Origin: Opitutia bacterium
GTDB lineage: Bacteria; Verrucomicrobiota; Verrucomicrobiia; Opitutales; Opitutaceae
Direction of reading: 5' to 3'
Length of the DNA: 64,000 nt
Assembly: GCA_947478395.1 (NCBI GenBank)
Contig: CANJVR010000003.1
Coordinates: forward strand, 451,421-515,420
In this document: piece after piece, positions 19,442-29,671 of the stretch
Layout: each line of letters starts with the position of its first letter
How positions within the stretch are numbered: position 1 is the stretch's first letter
The notes under the pieces: generated by a model
Told to the model about the DNA's origin: nothing
What the model saw: only the letters and a program-made list of their open reading frames with translations
The model's database searches: none
Made by a program: the position numbers and the translations under genes

Positions 19442-20212
19442 ATGAAGGCGCCCGCAAAAAATCACCGGCCCGTCGCACTGGTCACGGGTGCGTCGCGTGG
19501 CATTGGCCGCGTGACGGCCATGAAACTCGCCGCGCGTGGCGTCCGGATTGCGGTCCATTATCGGCGCGACCGGGTGGCGGCCGCGGCCGTGCTCTCGAGC
19601 CTGCCGGGCGATGGGCATTTTCTCATCGCTTGCGACCTGGGGCGGCGGGGCGGTGCGGAAAAACTTTTCGCGGCCACGCTCAAAAAGTCCGGCCGGCTCG
19701 ACCTTCTGGTGAACAGCGCCGGGATTTATGAAACTCATCCGATCGGTGAAGTGAAATTCGCCGCATGGCAGAAAGCCTGGGACCGCGCGCTGGCGATCAA
19801 TCTCCTGGCTCCGACCCATCTCACGTTTCTCGCGAGCGAGCACATGAGCCATCATGGCGGTGGCCGGATCATCAATGTGTCTTCCCGCGGCGCGTATGGC
19901 GGCCAGACCCGGACGGCCGCTTACAGCGCGGCGAAGGCGGGCCTGAATTCCATGAGCCAGTCCTTCGCGCGATCGGTCGCGGCCGAGGGCGTGTTGGTTT
20001 TTGTCGTGGCCCCGAGCTGGGTCGATACCGACATGGCTGCGCCGCACATCCACGGACCGCGAAAGAAGGAAATCCTGGAGGGAATTCCGCTGGGCCGCGT
20101 GACGACGCCCGACGAGGTGGCCTCGACCATCGCGTGGCTCGCTTTGGATGCGCCCGCCGCGATGACCGGTGCCATCGTCGATATTAATGGCGCGGTGCAT
20201 CTCCGCCATTAG
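19442..20212 (+). CDS. SDR family oxidoreductase
   Basis: TGASRGIG, LVNSAG, YSAAK catalytic motif. Confidence 0.92.
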   Translation: MKAPAKNHRPVALVTGASRGIGRVTAMKLAARGVRIAVHYRRDRVAAAAVLSSLPGDGHFLIACDLGRRGGAEKLFAATLKKSGRLDLLVNSAGIYETHPIGEVKFAAWQKAWDRALAINLLAPTHLTFLASEHMSHHGGGRIINVSSRGAYGGQTRTAAYSAAKAGLNSMSQSFARSVAAEGVLVFVVAPSWVDTDMAAPHIHGPRKKEILEGIPLGRVTTPDEVASTIAWLALDAPAAMTGAIVDINGAVHLRH

Positions 20213-20388
20213 CCCGAGCGCGTGGGAATTCTTGATGATGCCGCAACCGCCGGTACGGTCGTATTGATGCTCCCGTCGCTCTTTTCTAACCAACCCGTGC
20301 CGGGGCACGGATGCATCACGCCCGGCGGTGCAGCGGGCGGTGGCGTTGAGCTGAATCCGGCCTCGGGGTGGAGCCGGCCCTTTTCCGC

Positions 20389-21126
20389 ATGAACCAATCA
20401 TTACGTTTTTCCGGACAGAGTGCGATTATCACGGGCGGCGCCTCGGGCCTCGGGGCCGCGATTGCGGCGCGCCTCAAAAAGGAAGGCGCGGACATCACGG
20501 TCTTCGACGTGCCGGCCGCCGCCGGGGCGGTCGCGGCGCCGGATCATTTTATCGCGGTCGACGTCGCGGATGAAGCGTCGGTGGCGGCCGGCGTGGCCGA
20601 AGTGCTGCAGCGGCGCGGCCGGATCGATATTCTGATCAACTGCGCGGGCATCACTGGGAAAACCAATCTGAAGTCGCACCTCGTCACGGTAGATGATTTC
20701 GATCGGGTGCTGGCGATCAACGTCCGCGGATCATTTCTCACTTCGAAGCATGTGTTGCCGGCGATGGTGAGCCGGGGCTACGGCCGCATCCTCCATATCT
20801 CTTCGATCGCGGGAAAAGAAGGAAACGCCGGTATGCTGGCGTATTCCACGTCGAAGGCGGCGGTGATTGGCCTGACCAAAGTGCAGGGCAAAGAATACGC
20901 GGAGTCGGGCATCACGATCAACGCGCTCGCCCCGGCGGTGGTGGCGACGCCGATGGTCGCGGCGTTGCCGGCGGAGCAGGTGCGTTACATGACGGATAAG
21001 ATTCCGATGAAACGTTGCGGCACGCTCGAAGAAGTCGCGGCGATGGCGGCGTTCATCGTTTCCGGCGAGGCGAGTTTCACGAGCGGCTTCACGTTCGATC
21101 TCACGGGCGGCCGCGCGGTCTATTAA
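20389..21126 (+). CDS. SDR family oxidoreductase (sugar-acid dehydrogenase-like)
   Basis: TGGASGLG, INCAGITG, SIAGKEGN, YSTSK, FDLTGGRAVY. Confidence 0.92.
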   Translation: MNQSLRFSGQSAIITGGASGLGAAIAARLKKEGADITVFDVPAAAGAVAAPDHFIAVDVADEASVAAGVAEVLQRRGRIDILINCAGITGKTNLKSHLVTVDDFDRVLAINVRGSFLTSKHVLPAMVSRGYGRILHISSIAGKEGNAGMLAYSTSKAAVIGLTKVQGKEYAESGITINALAPAVVATPMVAALPAEQVRYMTDKIPMKRCGTLEEVAAMAAFIVSGEASFTSGFTFDLTGGRAVY

Positions 21127-21205
21127 GGGAGGGGCCTTTGGCTGGGGCCGGTTATCCCCGGCCGGCGCGGGAGGAAAAACGCGCCCGCCCTTTTCTGACG
21201 TCGGC

Positions 21206-22258
21206 TTATTCCAGCGGACCCTCGGGCTCCGGGCCATGACCAGAGGGAATGATCGTCGGTGCTTCCACCCAGCGTGCGGGGATGGTCGTCATCGAACACG
21301 AGGGCGGAATGCCATGCTGGTTGCGATGGAGCTGGGCGATGACGAGCTCCGCGGCCTGCGTGCCCCATAAGCGCGGTTGCAGGTCGAGCCCCGCACACGT
21401 CGTGGTTTCGGTGAAAAGGTTGAGGCAGAAAAAACCGTTCGTTTGCGGAATTTTCGCGCCGCACGCCTTCATCCATTCCAAGGCCTGGGTGTGATGGCCC
21501 AGCACGACGTCGGGCTGGTGCTGGCGAAACCACGCGGAGAAAAGCGCCGGCGTGATCTCCGGTACGACGAGCGGCGGCACGCGCGTGAGCCCCTTGGCGT
21601 GTTGTTGAAAACCGAGGAAGGCGCTCTCGAAACTATGCTGCAGGCGCTCGTCGCGATGACTGGTTAGGAAGATGCCGGGCCGGCGGTAGCCGCGGGCGTG
21701 GAGCCGTTCGAGCACGCCCATCAACGAGCGATAGTGCGCGGTAGAGACGGCGTGCAGGGGCGGACGCTGGACAATGTAGTCGCAATAGACCGCCGCATAG
21801 TGCGACCAGTCGAGCGCGGTGAAATCGGGCGTGCCCCACGCGGGCATCAGGATCAGGCCGCGGATGCCCCGCGCTTTCAGAATCCCGTCGAGCCGTTTCA
21901 GGGGCATCGTGCGTCCGCCGGCCTCGAATTTCTCGAGGCCGAAGCCCAGTTCCGCGGCGCGATCGCTCGCGCCGGCGATCAGCTCGGTAAAAAACCGTTT
22001 AAAGACCGGCGGACGGTCGCGCTCCTCCAGCAAAACGGAGGCGAGCATCCCTCGGAACGCGGCGTTGTGCGATCGGCGGATTTCCGACATCACCGCGCTG
22101 GCGAGGGGATTGCTGCGATAGCCCGCGGCGGCGGCGGCCTGGCGGATGCGCTCGGCGGTCTTCGCGTTGACGTTCGGCGAATGGCGGAGGGCGTCGGAGA
22201 TGGTGCTCCGCGAATATTTCAACAACTTGGCGAGCGAACGGAGAGTGTGGGCGGCCAT
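21206..22258 (-). CDS. LacI-family transcriptional regulator (Opitutaceae-type)
   Basis: N-terminal HTH TLRSLAKLLKYSRSTISDALR...GYRSNPLAS; LKARGIRGLIL, GYRRPG, sugar-binding C-domain. Confidence 0.88.
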   Translation of the reverse strand: MAAHTLRSLAKLLKYSRSTISDALRHSPNVNAKTAERIRQAAAAAGYRSNPLASAVMSEIRRSHNAAFRGMLASVLLEERDRPPVFKRFFTELIAGASDRAAELGFGLEKFEAGGRTMPLKRLDGILKARGIRGLILMPAWGTPDFTALDWSHYAAVYCDYIVQRPPLHAVSTAHYRSLMGVLERLHARGYRRPGIFLTSHRDERLQHSFESAFLGFQQHAKGLTRVPPLVVPEITPALFSAWFRQHQPDVVLGHHTQALEWMKACGAKIPQTNGFFCLNLFTETTTCAGLDLQPRLWGTQAAELVIAQLHRNQHGIPPSCSMTTIPARWVEAPTIIPSGHGPEPEGPLE

Positions 22259-22409
22259 GACGTTGGATACGCGGCTATCGCGCGGGGGGTGGGCTGACAG
22301 GGGCAAGAAGCAATCGTGGAATGCGAGTTAGGCAACAGCGCATGTCCGGGCGGCTGAAAAAATGCGAATGGTCAGCCCCCCGTGCCGGGCTGAGGGAAGA
22401 ACCGCCGCC

Positions 22410-23543
22410 TCAGTGCGTGGCAGGGAGGAAATAGAACAGGATGCCAAGAATCAGGTAGAGCGCGAGGAGTTGCACGCCCTCGAGCCAGTTGGACTCGCCG
22501 TCGCCGGCAATTTGGTCGGTGACGAACGCCGCCATCACGACGGCGGCAATTTCCGGGAGCGTGAATTCCAGGTTCATCTGGTGGGGGAAGGCGTAACTGG
22601 CAAACACGAGCACGGGCGCGACGAAGAGTGCAATCTGCAGACTCGAGCCGACGGCGATGCCGAGCGATAGATCCATTTTGTTTTTCAGCGCCATCGTTAC
22701 GGCCGTCGAGTGCTCGGCCGCGTTGCCCACGATGGCGACGATGATCACGCCGACAAACACCTCCGTGACGCCGAGCGAATGTTGCGCGGCCTCGACGGCG
22801 CCCACCAGAAATTCTGAAACCCAGGCCACGGCGATCGTGGCCCCGAGCAATACCCCGACCGCTTTTCCCACGGGCCAGATAGCTTGGTGCGCGTCGGCGT
22901 CATTCCCGGTTGTGGCCAAGTCCGCTTCGCCGCCGACGAACAGCTGCTTGTGCGTGACGAGCGAGAATACGAGCATGGCGCCGTAGGTCGCAATCAACAC
23001 CACGGCGATGGCGAGGGAGAGATTTTGCTCAGCGGCGGGACTCCAGCCCCCGGGCGCCTGGGCGGCGGCGTAATGGAAAATCGTTGGAATCACGAGCGCC
23101 GACGCCGCGAGAATGAGCGCCGTGCACGAGGACCGGGCGGCGGTTTTGTTGAACCGCTGGTGTTTGAATTTCATCCCGCCGGCGAACACCGACACGCCGA
23201 GCACGAGCAGGAGGTTGCCGATGATCGAGCCGGTGATGGACGCTTTGACGACGCCGATATGGCCGGCGCGCAGGGCCATTAGCGCGATGATGAGTTCGGC
23301 GGCGTTGCCGAAGGAGGCGTTGAGCAATCCGCCGATGCCTTCGCCCATGCGGTGCGCGAGCTGCTCCGTGGCGTGGCCCATCCAGCCGGCGATCGGAATG
23401 ATCGCGAGCGCGGCAACGATGAACAGCGCGGTATCGTTGCGCCATGCCGGTACATAGCGGAGCGCGAACGCGACCGGGACGAAGATGAGCAGCCAGTCGA
23501 GCGAGGGCGTGAGCCAAGGAGATTTTTTTGCGGCGGGGGACAT
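22410..23543 (-). CDS. cax: Calcium/proton exchanger (CAX/ChaA family)
   Basis: Alpha repeats [13 protein letters not shown] and [30 protein letters not shown]. Confidence 0.93.
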   Translation of the reverse strand: MSPAAKKSPWLTPSLDWLLIFVPVAFALRYVPAWRNDTALFIVAALAIIPIAGWMGHATEQLAHRMGEGIGGLLNASFGNAAELIIALMALRAGHIGVVKASITGSIIGNLLLVLGVSVFAGGMKFKHQRFNKTAARSSCTALILAASALVIPTIFHYAAAQAPGGWSPAAEQNLSLAIAVVLIATYGAMLVFSLVTHKQLFVGGEADLATTGNDADAHQAIWPVGKAVGVLLGATIAVAWVSEFLVGAVEAAQHSLGVTEVFVGVIIVAIVGNAAEHSTAVTMALKNKMDLSLGIAVGSSLQIALFVAPVLVFASYAFPHQMNLEFTLPEIAAVVMAAFVTDQIAGDGESNWLEGVQLLALYLILGILFYFLPATH

Positions 23544-23638
23544 GAGGACGGAAGGAAGCGGAGCATTCGAGAATCCGCGGCTTTTTCCAAGCCGGGTCCG
23601 GTTGACCGCGGGAAAAGGCCCCGGTCTTCTCGGTGGCC

Positions 23639-23737
23639 ATGGACTGGTTCGTCGACCCTCAAATTTGGATTTCACTCCTCACGCTCACCGGGCTCGAGAT
23701 CGTGCTCGGGATCGATAACGTCATCTTCATCTCGATC
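23639..23737 (+). pseudogene. N-terminal stub (33 codons) of a TerC-family membrane protein
   Basis: MDWFVDPQIWISLLTLTGLEIVLGIDNVIFISI matches the TerC/YegH N-terminus (LEIVLGIDN). Similarity stops abruptly just before the tex terminator. Confidence 0.8.
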
Positions 23738-23755
23738 CGCGCGCCCGTTCGGTGG

Positions 23756-23784
23756 AAAAAATGGCCGCGATTCAAGCCGCGGCC
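23756..23784 (-). terminator. Intrinsic terminator of tex
   Basis: GGCCGCG/CGCGGCC stem with an A6 run on the plus strand (U-tract on minus), 30 nt past the tex stop. Confidence 0.65.
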
Positions 23785-23813
23785 TATGCAAGGCGGGAAC
23801 GACCCGGATGAAC

Positions 23814-26192
23814 TCAGCGCTTTTTATTCAGCGCGGAACTAAACCAGTCGTTGTTCACGGCGGCCGGCGGACGCGGAGCGGCGGGCGGAGGGTTGGCGCC
23901 CCGCGGTGCTCCGGGGCTGGTGCGGGGTGAGGGCGCCCCGCCTCCCGCTCCGCTGCCGGACTTCGGGCCGATCTCAGGCTTGCTGCGCATCGAGAGCGCG
24001 ATGCGTTTCCGGGGCAGATCGATCTCGGTGACCGTGACGGAAACTTTCTGGCCCGGCTTCACGACCGCGGCAGGCTCTTTTACGAAGCTGTCGGCGAGCT
24101 GGCTCACGTGCACGAGTCCGTCCTGGTGTACGCCGATGTCCACGAATGCCCCGAAGGCCGTGACGTTGGTGACGATGCCGGGAAGCTTCATGCCGGGCTT
24201 TAGGTCCTCGGGCTTGTGCACGGTCTCGGAAAAACTGAACGCTTCGAATTTTTCGCGCGGATCGCGGCCGGGTTTCGCCAGTTCGGCGACGATATCGGTA
24301 AGGGTGGGCAGACCGACTTCGGCCGTGACGTAGGATTCGAGTTTGATTTGGGCGCGGACGCTCCCGTCGCGAATGAGATCAGGCACGGTGACGCCGAGAT
24401 CGGCCGCCATTTTTTCCACGAGGGCGTAGCGTTCCGGATGCACCGCACTCGCGTCGAGCGGGTGCGCGGCGTCGCGGATGCGCAGAAACCCGGCGGCCTG
24501 CTCGAAAGCTTTCGGCCCGAGCCGCGGTACGTTCTTCAGTTCGGAGCGGGCTTTGAACGGGCCGTGCTCGTTGCGGTGGGCGACGATCGCGGCGGCGGTG
24601 GCGGTGTTCAGGCCGGAGACGTAGCTGAGGAGTTGCTTGGAAGCGGTGTTGAGTTCGACGCCCACGCCGTTGACGGAGCTCACGACGGTATCGTCGAGCG
24701 AGCGCTTGAGCGCGGCTTGATCCACATCGTGCTGATATTGCCCGACGCCGATTGATTTCGGGTCGAGTTTCACGAGTTCGGCCAGCGGGTCCATCAGGCG
24801 GCGGCCGATCGAGACGGCGCCGCGCACGGTGAGATCGTGATCGGGAAATTCTTCGCGGGCGACGTCGCTGGCCGAGTAGATCGAGGCGCCGGATTCGTTG
24901 ACCATCACGATCGGAATCGAAGCGGGCAGGCCGAGGGCGCGCACAAATGCCTCGGTTTCGCGGCCGGCGGTGCCGTTGCCGATGGCGATGGCCTCGACTT
25001 TGAAAAACTGCACGAAGCCGAGGAGTTTTTCCTTGGCCTCCGCTTCGAGCCGGTCCGGGAAGACGACGTCGTTGTGCAGCAATTTTCCCTGTCGATCGAG
25101 GAGCACGACTTTGCAGCCGGTGCGGATGCCGGGATCGATCGCGAGCACCGCGCGTTGGCCGAGGGGCGCGGCGAGAAGGAGTTCGCGCAGATTCGAGGTG
25201 AAGACCTTGATGCCCGCTTCGTCGGCGCGCTTCTTTGATTCGAGCCGCATCTCGGTTTCCATCGCGGGCGAGAGCAGGCGTTTGCAGGCGTCCTGCACCG
25301 CGGCGCGTACTTCGCTCGCGCATGGGTTCGGGGTTTTTGGTTTCGCGTTTTGACTGGGTCGGGCGAAGAGCGGTTCGACTTCGGCGGGAGCGGTCGCCTC
25401 GTCGGGGAGCGTGACGCGCATCATCAGAAACAACTCTTTCTCGCCGCGGCGCATCGCGAGGACGCGGTGGCTGGGGGCTTTGGCCAGCGGCTCGTGCCAG
25501 TCGAAGTAGTCCTTAAACTTCGCCGCTTCGGGCGTCGCGTCTTTGCCCGTGAGAACTTTCGAAGAGACGATGGCATCGCGTTGGTAAATGAGACGCAGCC
25601 GGCTGCGGGCGTCTTTGTCGTCGCTCACACGTTCGGCAATGATGTCGCGCGCGCCGGCCAGGGCTTCGTCGGTCGAGGCGATCGTGGCGGGCAGATTTTT
25701 ACCGTCGTCGGCGACATACTCGCGTCCGACGTAGGCCTGCGCCGCGACGAGCGGATCAGTGGCTTCGTCCTGGGCGAAGACCAGATCGGCGAGTGGCTCG
25801 AGGCCTTTCTCCTTCGCGATGGTTGCGCGGGTGCGTTTCTTGGGACGGAACGGCAGGTAGATATCTTCGAGCGCGGTGACGGTGTCGGCGGACTGCAAGG
25901 CGCGTTCGAGCGCGGGCGTGAGCAGATTGCGCTCCTTCAGCGAACCGAGGATGGAGGCGCGGCGTTCGTCGACCTGGGCCATTTGCTCCATGCGGTCGCG
26001 AATGGCGAGCACCTGCACTTCGTCGAGTTCGCCGGTGGCTTCCTTGCGGTAGCGGGCGATGAAAGGGACGGTTGCGCCCTCCGCGAAGAGCTGAGCGGTG
26101 GCGGCGACTTGAAAGACCTTGATCTTCAGTTCGGCCGCGAGGCGGAGGACGTGATCGGGATTGGGTTGGGTCGGAGAGGCGACGGCGGACAT
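23814..26192 (-). CDS. tex: Tex/YhgF transcription accessory protein with S1 domain
   Basis: TVPFIARYRKEATG, LEDIYLPF, IDPGIRTGCK, NESGASIYSAS, IGVGQYQHDV, S1 domain FGAFVDIGVHQDGLVHVS. Confidence 0.96.
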   Translation of the reverse strand: MSAVASPTQPNPDHVLRLAAELKIKVFQVAATAQLFAEGATVPFIARYRKEATGELDEVQVLAIRDRMEQMAQVDERRASILGSLKERNLLTPALERALQSADTVTALEDIYLPFRPKKRTRATIAKEKGLEPLADLVFAQDEATDPLVAAQAYVGREYVADDGKNLPATIASTDEALAGARDIIAERVSDDKDARSRLRLIYQRDAIVSSKVLTGKDATPEAAKFKDYFDWHEPLAKAPSHRVLAMRRGEKELFLMMRVTLPDEATAPAEVEPLFARPSQNAKPKTPNPCASEVRAAVQDACKRLLSPAMETEMRLESKKRADEAGIKVFTSNLRELLLAAPLGQRAVLAIDPGIRTGCKVVLLDRQGKLLHNDVVFPDRLEAEAKEKLLGFVQFFKVEAIAIGNGTAGRETEAFVRALGLPASIPIVMVNESGASIYSASDVAREEFPDHDLTVRGAVSIGRRLMDPLAELVKLDPKSIGVGQYQHDVDQAALKRSLDDTVVSSVNGVGVELNTASKQLLSYVSGLNTATAAAIVAHRNEHGPFKARSELKNVPRLGPKAFEQAAGFLRIRDAAHPLDASAVHPERYALVEKMAADLGVTVPDLIRDGSVRAQIKLESYVTAEVGLPTLTDIVAELAKPGRDPREKFEAFSFSETVHKPEDLKPGMKLPGIVTNVTAFGAFVDIGVHQDGLVHVSQLADSFVKEPAAVVKPGQKVSVTVTEIDLPRKRIALSMRSKPEIGPKSGSGAGGGAPSPRTSPGAPRGANPPPAAPRPPAAVNNDWFSSALNKKR

Positions 26193-26302
26193 GCGAAGAA
26201 AACTGCCGACAACAGAGCGCCGCGCGATGCGTGCAATCCCCAAAATTTCCGACGCCTGCCGAGACTGGAATCGCACACGCTTATCTTGCGAAACGGAGAG
26301 GG

Positions 26303-27448
26303 ATGCTTTGGATTTTTGGCCTCATGCTCGCACCGATCGGCGTCAGGTTGCGTTGGATTTTGTTGGGGTCGCTGGCGTTCGGTGGCGCCGGATTGCACGC
26401 TGCTTTTGAGTTGAGCGGGGACTTGCCCTCGCGCCGCGCCGACGGGCCGGTCGTCGTTTCGCGTGAATGGCTGGAGACCCGCGATTCGGTGTTGGTGGCG
26501 ACCGGAAAACTCGCGACGGGTCGGTTTCAGGTTAAGGTGAACAGTGGTCCGGGATTGTTCACGATTCGCGTGGGCGACAGTGAGACCTCCTTTGTGGTGG
26601 GGGAAGGGCAGGCATTGCAGGTGTCTGAGGCCGAGAGCGGCGCATTGCTCGTCGCCGGCGGACCGGACCAAAAACTCTACGCGGACTACGAGATGTTTCG
26701 CAGCGAGTCCCTCGGGCGGCTCGTGCTCCCGGTGCGTGCCGCGGGTGCCGCGGCCCAAATTGCCGGCAATGATGCGGAGGTCGCACGGCTGACCGAAGCT
26801 GAAGTCGTGGGCTATCGTAAACATCGGCACGAGTTGAACGACTTCACGCTGGAGCGGCTGCGCGGTTCGCCGGCGCTCTATGCGGCGGCGCTGCGTTGGG
26901 ATGGCGATTACCGCCTCGAAGATCTGGCCAAGGCGGTGCGAGAATTTTCCGAACGTGATCCGCAGGCTGAAATCGCGCGTTTGTTGGAAGCGCGCATCGC
27001 GCGGTTTCGTGCGACCGCGATCGGTGCGATCGCGCCGGCGCTCGCGGGGGCGACGCCGGCGGGGCCCGCCTACGCGCTCGCTGCTCTCCGTGGCCGGTTG
27101 GTACTCGTCGATTTCTGGGCTTCGTGGTGCGGACCGTGCCGCCGGGAAAACCTGCACTACGTCGAACTCTACCGGAAATATCACGCGGCCGGTTTTGAAA
27201 TCCTCGCGGTCTCGGTGGATCAGGACGCCGCCGCTTGGAAAGCGGCGATCGCAAAAGACGGAGCCATCTGGCGGCAGGTGTCCGATCTCACCGCGTGGAA
27301 ATCGCCGCTCGCCGCGGCGTACAATGTGACCGCTTTGCCCGCCAGTTTTCTGCTCGATGGTGAAGGTCGGATCGTGGCGAAAGACCTGCGGGGCCCGGCG
27401 CTCGACGCGGCGTTGGCGGAGCGCATGGGAAAATTGCCGGTGCGTTGA
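26303..27448 (+). CDS. TlpA/ResA-like thiol-disulfide oxidoreductase with N-terminal extension
   Basis: VDFWASWCGPCRRE, ILAVSVD, LPASFLLD; GGAG upstream of the ATG. Confidence 0.88.
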   Translation: MLWIFGLMLAPIGVRLRWILLGSLAFGGAGLHAAFELSGDLPSRRADGPVVVSREWLETRDSVLVATGKLATGRFQVKVNSGPGLFTIRVGDSETSFVVGEGQALQVSEAESGALLVAGGPDQKLYADYEMFRSESLGRLVLPVRAAGAAAQIAGNDAEVARLTEAEVVGYRKHRHELNDFTLERLRGSPALYAAALRWDGDYRLEDLAKAVREFSERDPQAEIARLLEARIARFRATAIGAIAPALAGATPAGPAYALAALRGRLVLVDFWASWCGPCRRENLHYVELYRKYHAAGFEILAVSVDQDAAAWKAAIAKDGAIWRQVSDLTAWKSPLAAAYNVTALPASFLLDGEGRIVAKDLRGPALDAALAERMGKLPVR

Positions 27449-27720
27449 TCGCAAGCGAGCGGACCGGCCGCGCTTTTGACGCTAATTTTCCGGCGGCGGA
27501 TGAGGTTTTTGCAGATTCGGACATGAATCCTAGTTGTCAGCGGCGAGGAAACCTGTGGGTTTTCTCGCCGCTTGAATCTCATCGTTGTCATCTTGGCTCG
27601 ATGGAGCTCCACTCCGTCGCAACGCGCGCGATCAGACCGTCTGATCGATGCGGTATTTCGCCGTGCGTTTCCCGCCCGTTGAGTCGTCTCCCCCGTATTT
27701 CGCCCAAATAAAATCTCATC

Positions 27721-29583
27721 ATGTCCGCCATTAACGCGTTTCTGCTCAATAACGGCCTGCGCATTGCGACTAATCCGTGCGTGTCCCCGGACTTCTGTCT
27801 GGATTGGTCGGCGCTCAGCGCGAAGCTGCTTCAAGGCGCCCAGTTAAAGGTCTACGCGAAGAGCCGTTTCGCGACGGCGGTGGGCGACTTCACGTTGGTG
27901 GAGGATGCCGCGACCGGCGACTGCGCCTGGCAGTTGGACTCCAGCAAAAACGACGCTCGGGCCGTCGCGTTGATCGACGGTGTGACCAAGCCGGGCGGAC
28001 CGGCCTTTTTCCCCGCCACATTCGCCAATCTGCTCCGACTCAAGAATCTCGCGCAGGAACACGATCCGCGCTCCACGATTTTTCCGGGCGCGACCGAGCA
28101 ACTCGGCCGGAGCACGCTGGGCATCGGCGCCCGTTTCACGACGTTGCATTGGCCGGCGGTGGAGTGGGCGATGGCCCAGCTCGCGATCGGCGTCACCGCC
28201 AACCAGAATTCCATCCCGCGCGAACTCGTCTACGACACCGATGTCATGCTCGCCGGCAAACTCGACACCGTGCCGTTTCCCTTCATCGGCACCAACGTCC
28301 CCGAGGGTCACCAGGGCCAGAGCGTCGAAGGGATGAGCCATGGTTGCGTCCTCTCGAAGCTGAAGACGGGGTTTCACCAGCGCCGCATTGCGTGGTCGTT
28401 CAACGCTGACCACCAGCCTATCGGCGGCAAATTCGATAACCGCGAAGACGCGCTCGTCACCGGCTGTGTGCTCGCGAGCTACATCACGTTCGATCTCTCG
28501 CCTGAACTCGCGCAGACGAAGGTGGCGGACGATGCCGCGGCTTGGGTCGCCGCCAATGTCCCGGCTGCAATCGTAGCCACGGTGAAGGCCCGGGTCGCGA
28601 AAGCTGGCCTCACGTTGAACGAAGCCGACTTCGCCAAGCTGCTCGCCTACGTCTGGCCGTCGTTGCAGAAAATGAAACGCCGCGACGAGAAATACGCGGT
28701 CGCGCGCGCCAAATTGTTCACGACCGACGCCGGTCGCGCGTATCTTCGCGAACTGTCGATCGACGAACTGCCGGGCCTCACCACGCCCGAGACGACGGCG
28801 ATCATGCTCGCGCTCTGCGAGGCGCTGGGAATGACGATCCACTTTGTGGCGCCCGCCTTCGGTTTTCAGAAGAACATGCCTTACCCCGACAACGCCGCGC
28901 TGCGCGTGCTCATCGAGAAACAGTGGGCGGTGTGCAAAGGCTTCGGCGCGAGCATCGGATTTCACTCCGGCTCCGGCAAGTCGGCGGAGAACTACCAGGT
29001 CATGGGGCAGGTCACGGGTGGCCGACTCGAAATCAAAACCAGCGGACGCTACACTTACGAAATGGGCCGGGCGCTGTTTGCTTCGAAGCACGCCGCCGAC
29101 CAGGCGCTCTGGCGTGACTGGTACAAGTTCACGCTCGAGCTCGCGTTGCTTGGAGCCTACAGCGCCGACGCCACCGAGCAGAAAATGGCGCGGGTCTTTA
29201 TCACCGATGCCCTCGCGAAATCCGGCCGCGGCGTGGAAGTTTTCGCCAGCCCGACGGTCACTCGCGCCGCGCTCGAGTCGCTCACGCCGAGTCCGGAACA
29301 CATGTTCTGGTTTGAGTATAATTTCCTCCACGTGCTCGCCGCTGGCGGCCGGGCCGAGAAAGCGGCGCTCGGTGACCACACCCCCGCGGGTTATCGCCAG
29401 CGCGCCCGGTTCTACACGATCAGCGATGAAGGCCGGCTCAACTTTGCGAAGAACATCGCGACCTACATCGTCTTCCTCGCGCAGAACACCGGCTTGGCTT
29501 CCGCCAGCACCTGCGCCGCGGCCGACGCGAAACTCGCTGGCTACAAGACACTCGACGCGATGCTCGACGGCATCGCGGGCTGA
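27721..29583 (+). CDS. uxaE: Tagaturonate/fructuronate epimerase family (UxaE-like)
   Basis: Q.SI.RE, NADH, ELSIDE, FHSGSGK and IKTSG motifs parallel UxaE; directly upstream of uxaC. Confidence 0.72.
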   Translation: MSAINAFLLNNGLRIATNPCVSPDFCLDWSALSAKLLQGAQLKVYAKSRFATAVGDFTLVEDAATGDCAWQLDSSKNDARAVALIDGVTKPGGPAFFPATFANLLRLKNLAQEHDPRSTIFPGATEQLGRSTLGIGARFTTLHWPAVEWAMAQLAIGVTANQNSIPRELVYDTDVMLAGKLDTVPFPFIGTNVPEGHQGQSVEGMSHGCVLSKLKTGFHQRRIAWSFNADHQPIGGKFDNREDALVTGCVLASYITFDLSPELAQTKVADDAAAWVAANVPAAIVATVKARVAKAGLTLNEADFAKLLAYVWPSLQKMKRRDEKYAVARAKLFTTDAGRAYLRELSIDELPGLTTPETTAIMLALCEALGMTIHFVAPAFGFQKNMPYPDNAALRVLIEKQWAVCKGFGASIGFHSGSGKSAENYQVMGQVTGGRLEIKTSGRYTYEMGRALFASKHAADQALWRDWYKFTLELALLGAYSADATEQKMARVFITDALAKSGRGVEVFASPTVTRAALESLTPSPEHMFWFEYNFLHVLAAGGRAEKAALGDHTPAGYRQRARFYTISDEGRLNFAKNIATYIVFLAQNTGLASASTCAAADAKLAGYKTLDAMLDGIAG

Positions 29584-29671
29584 GATTTTTATGGAGGATA
29601 CTAGGCCGCCGGGAATTCCCGGCGGTTTGGTGCCACCCGGTTCGTCCTGATTTTTTCCACTCCCTTCTCTC

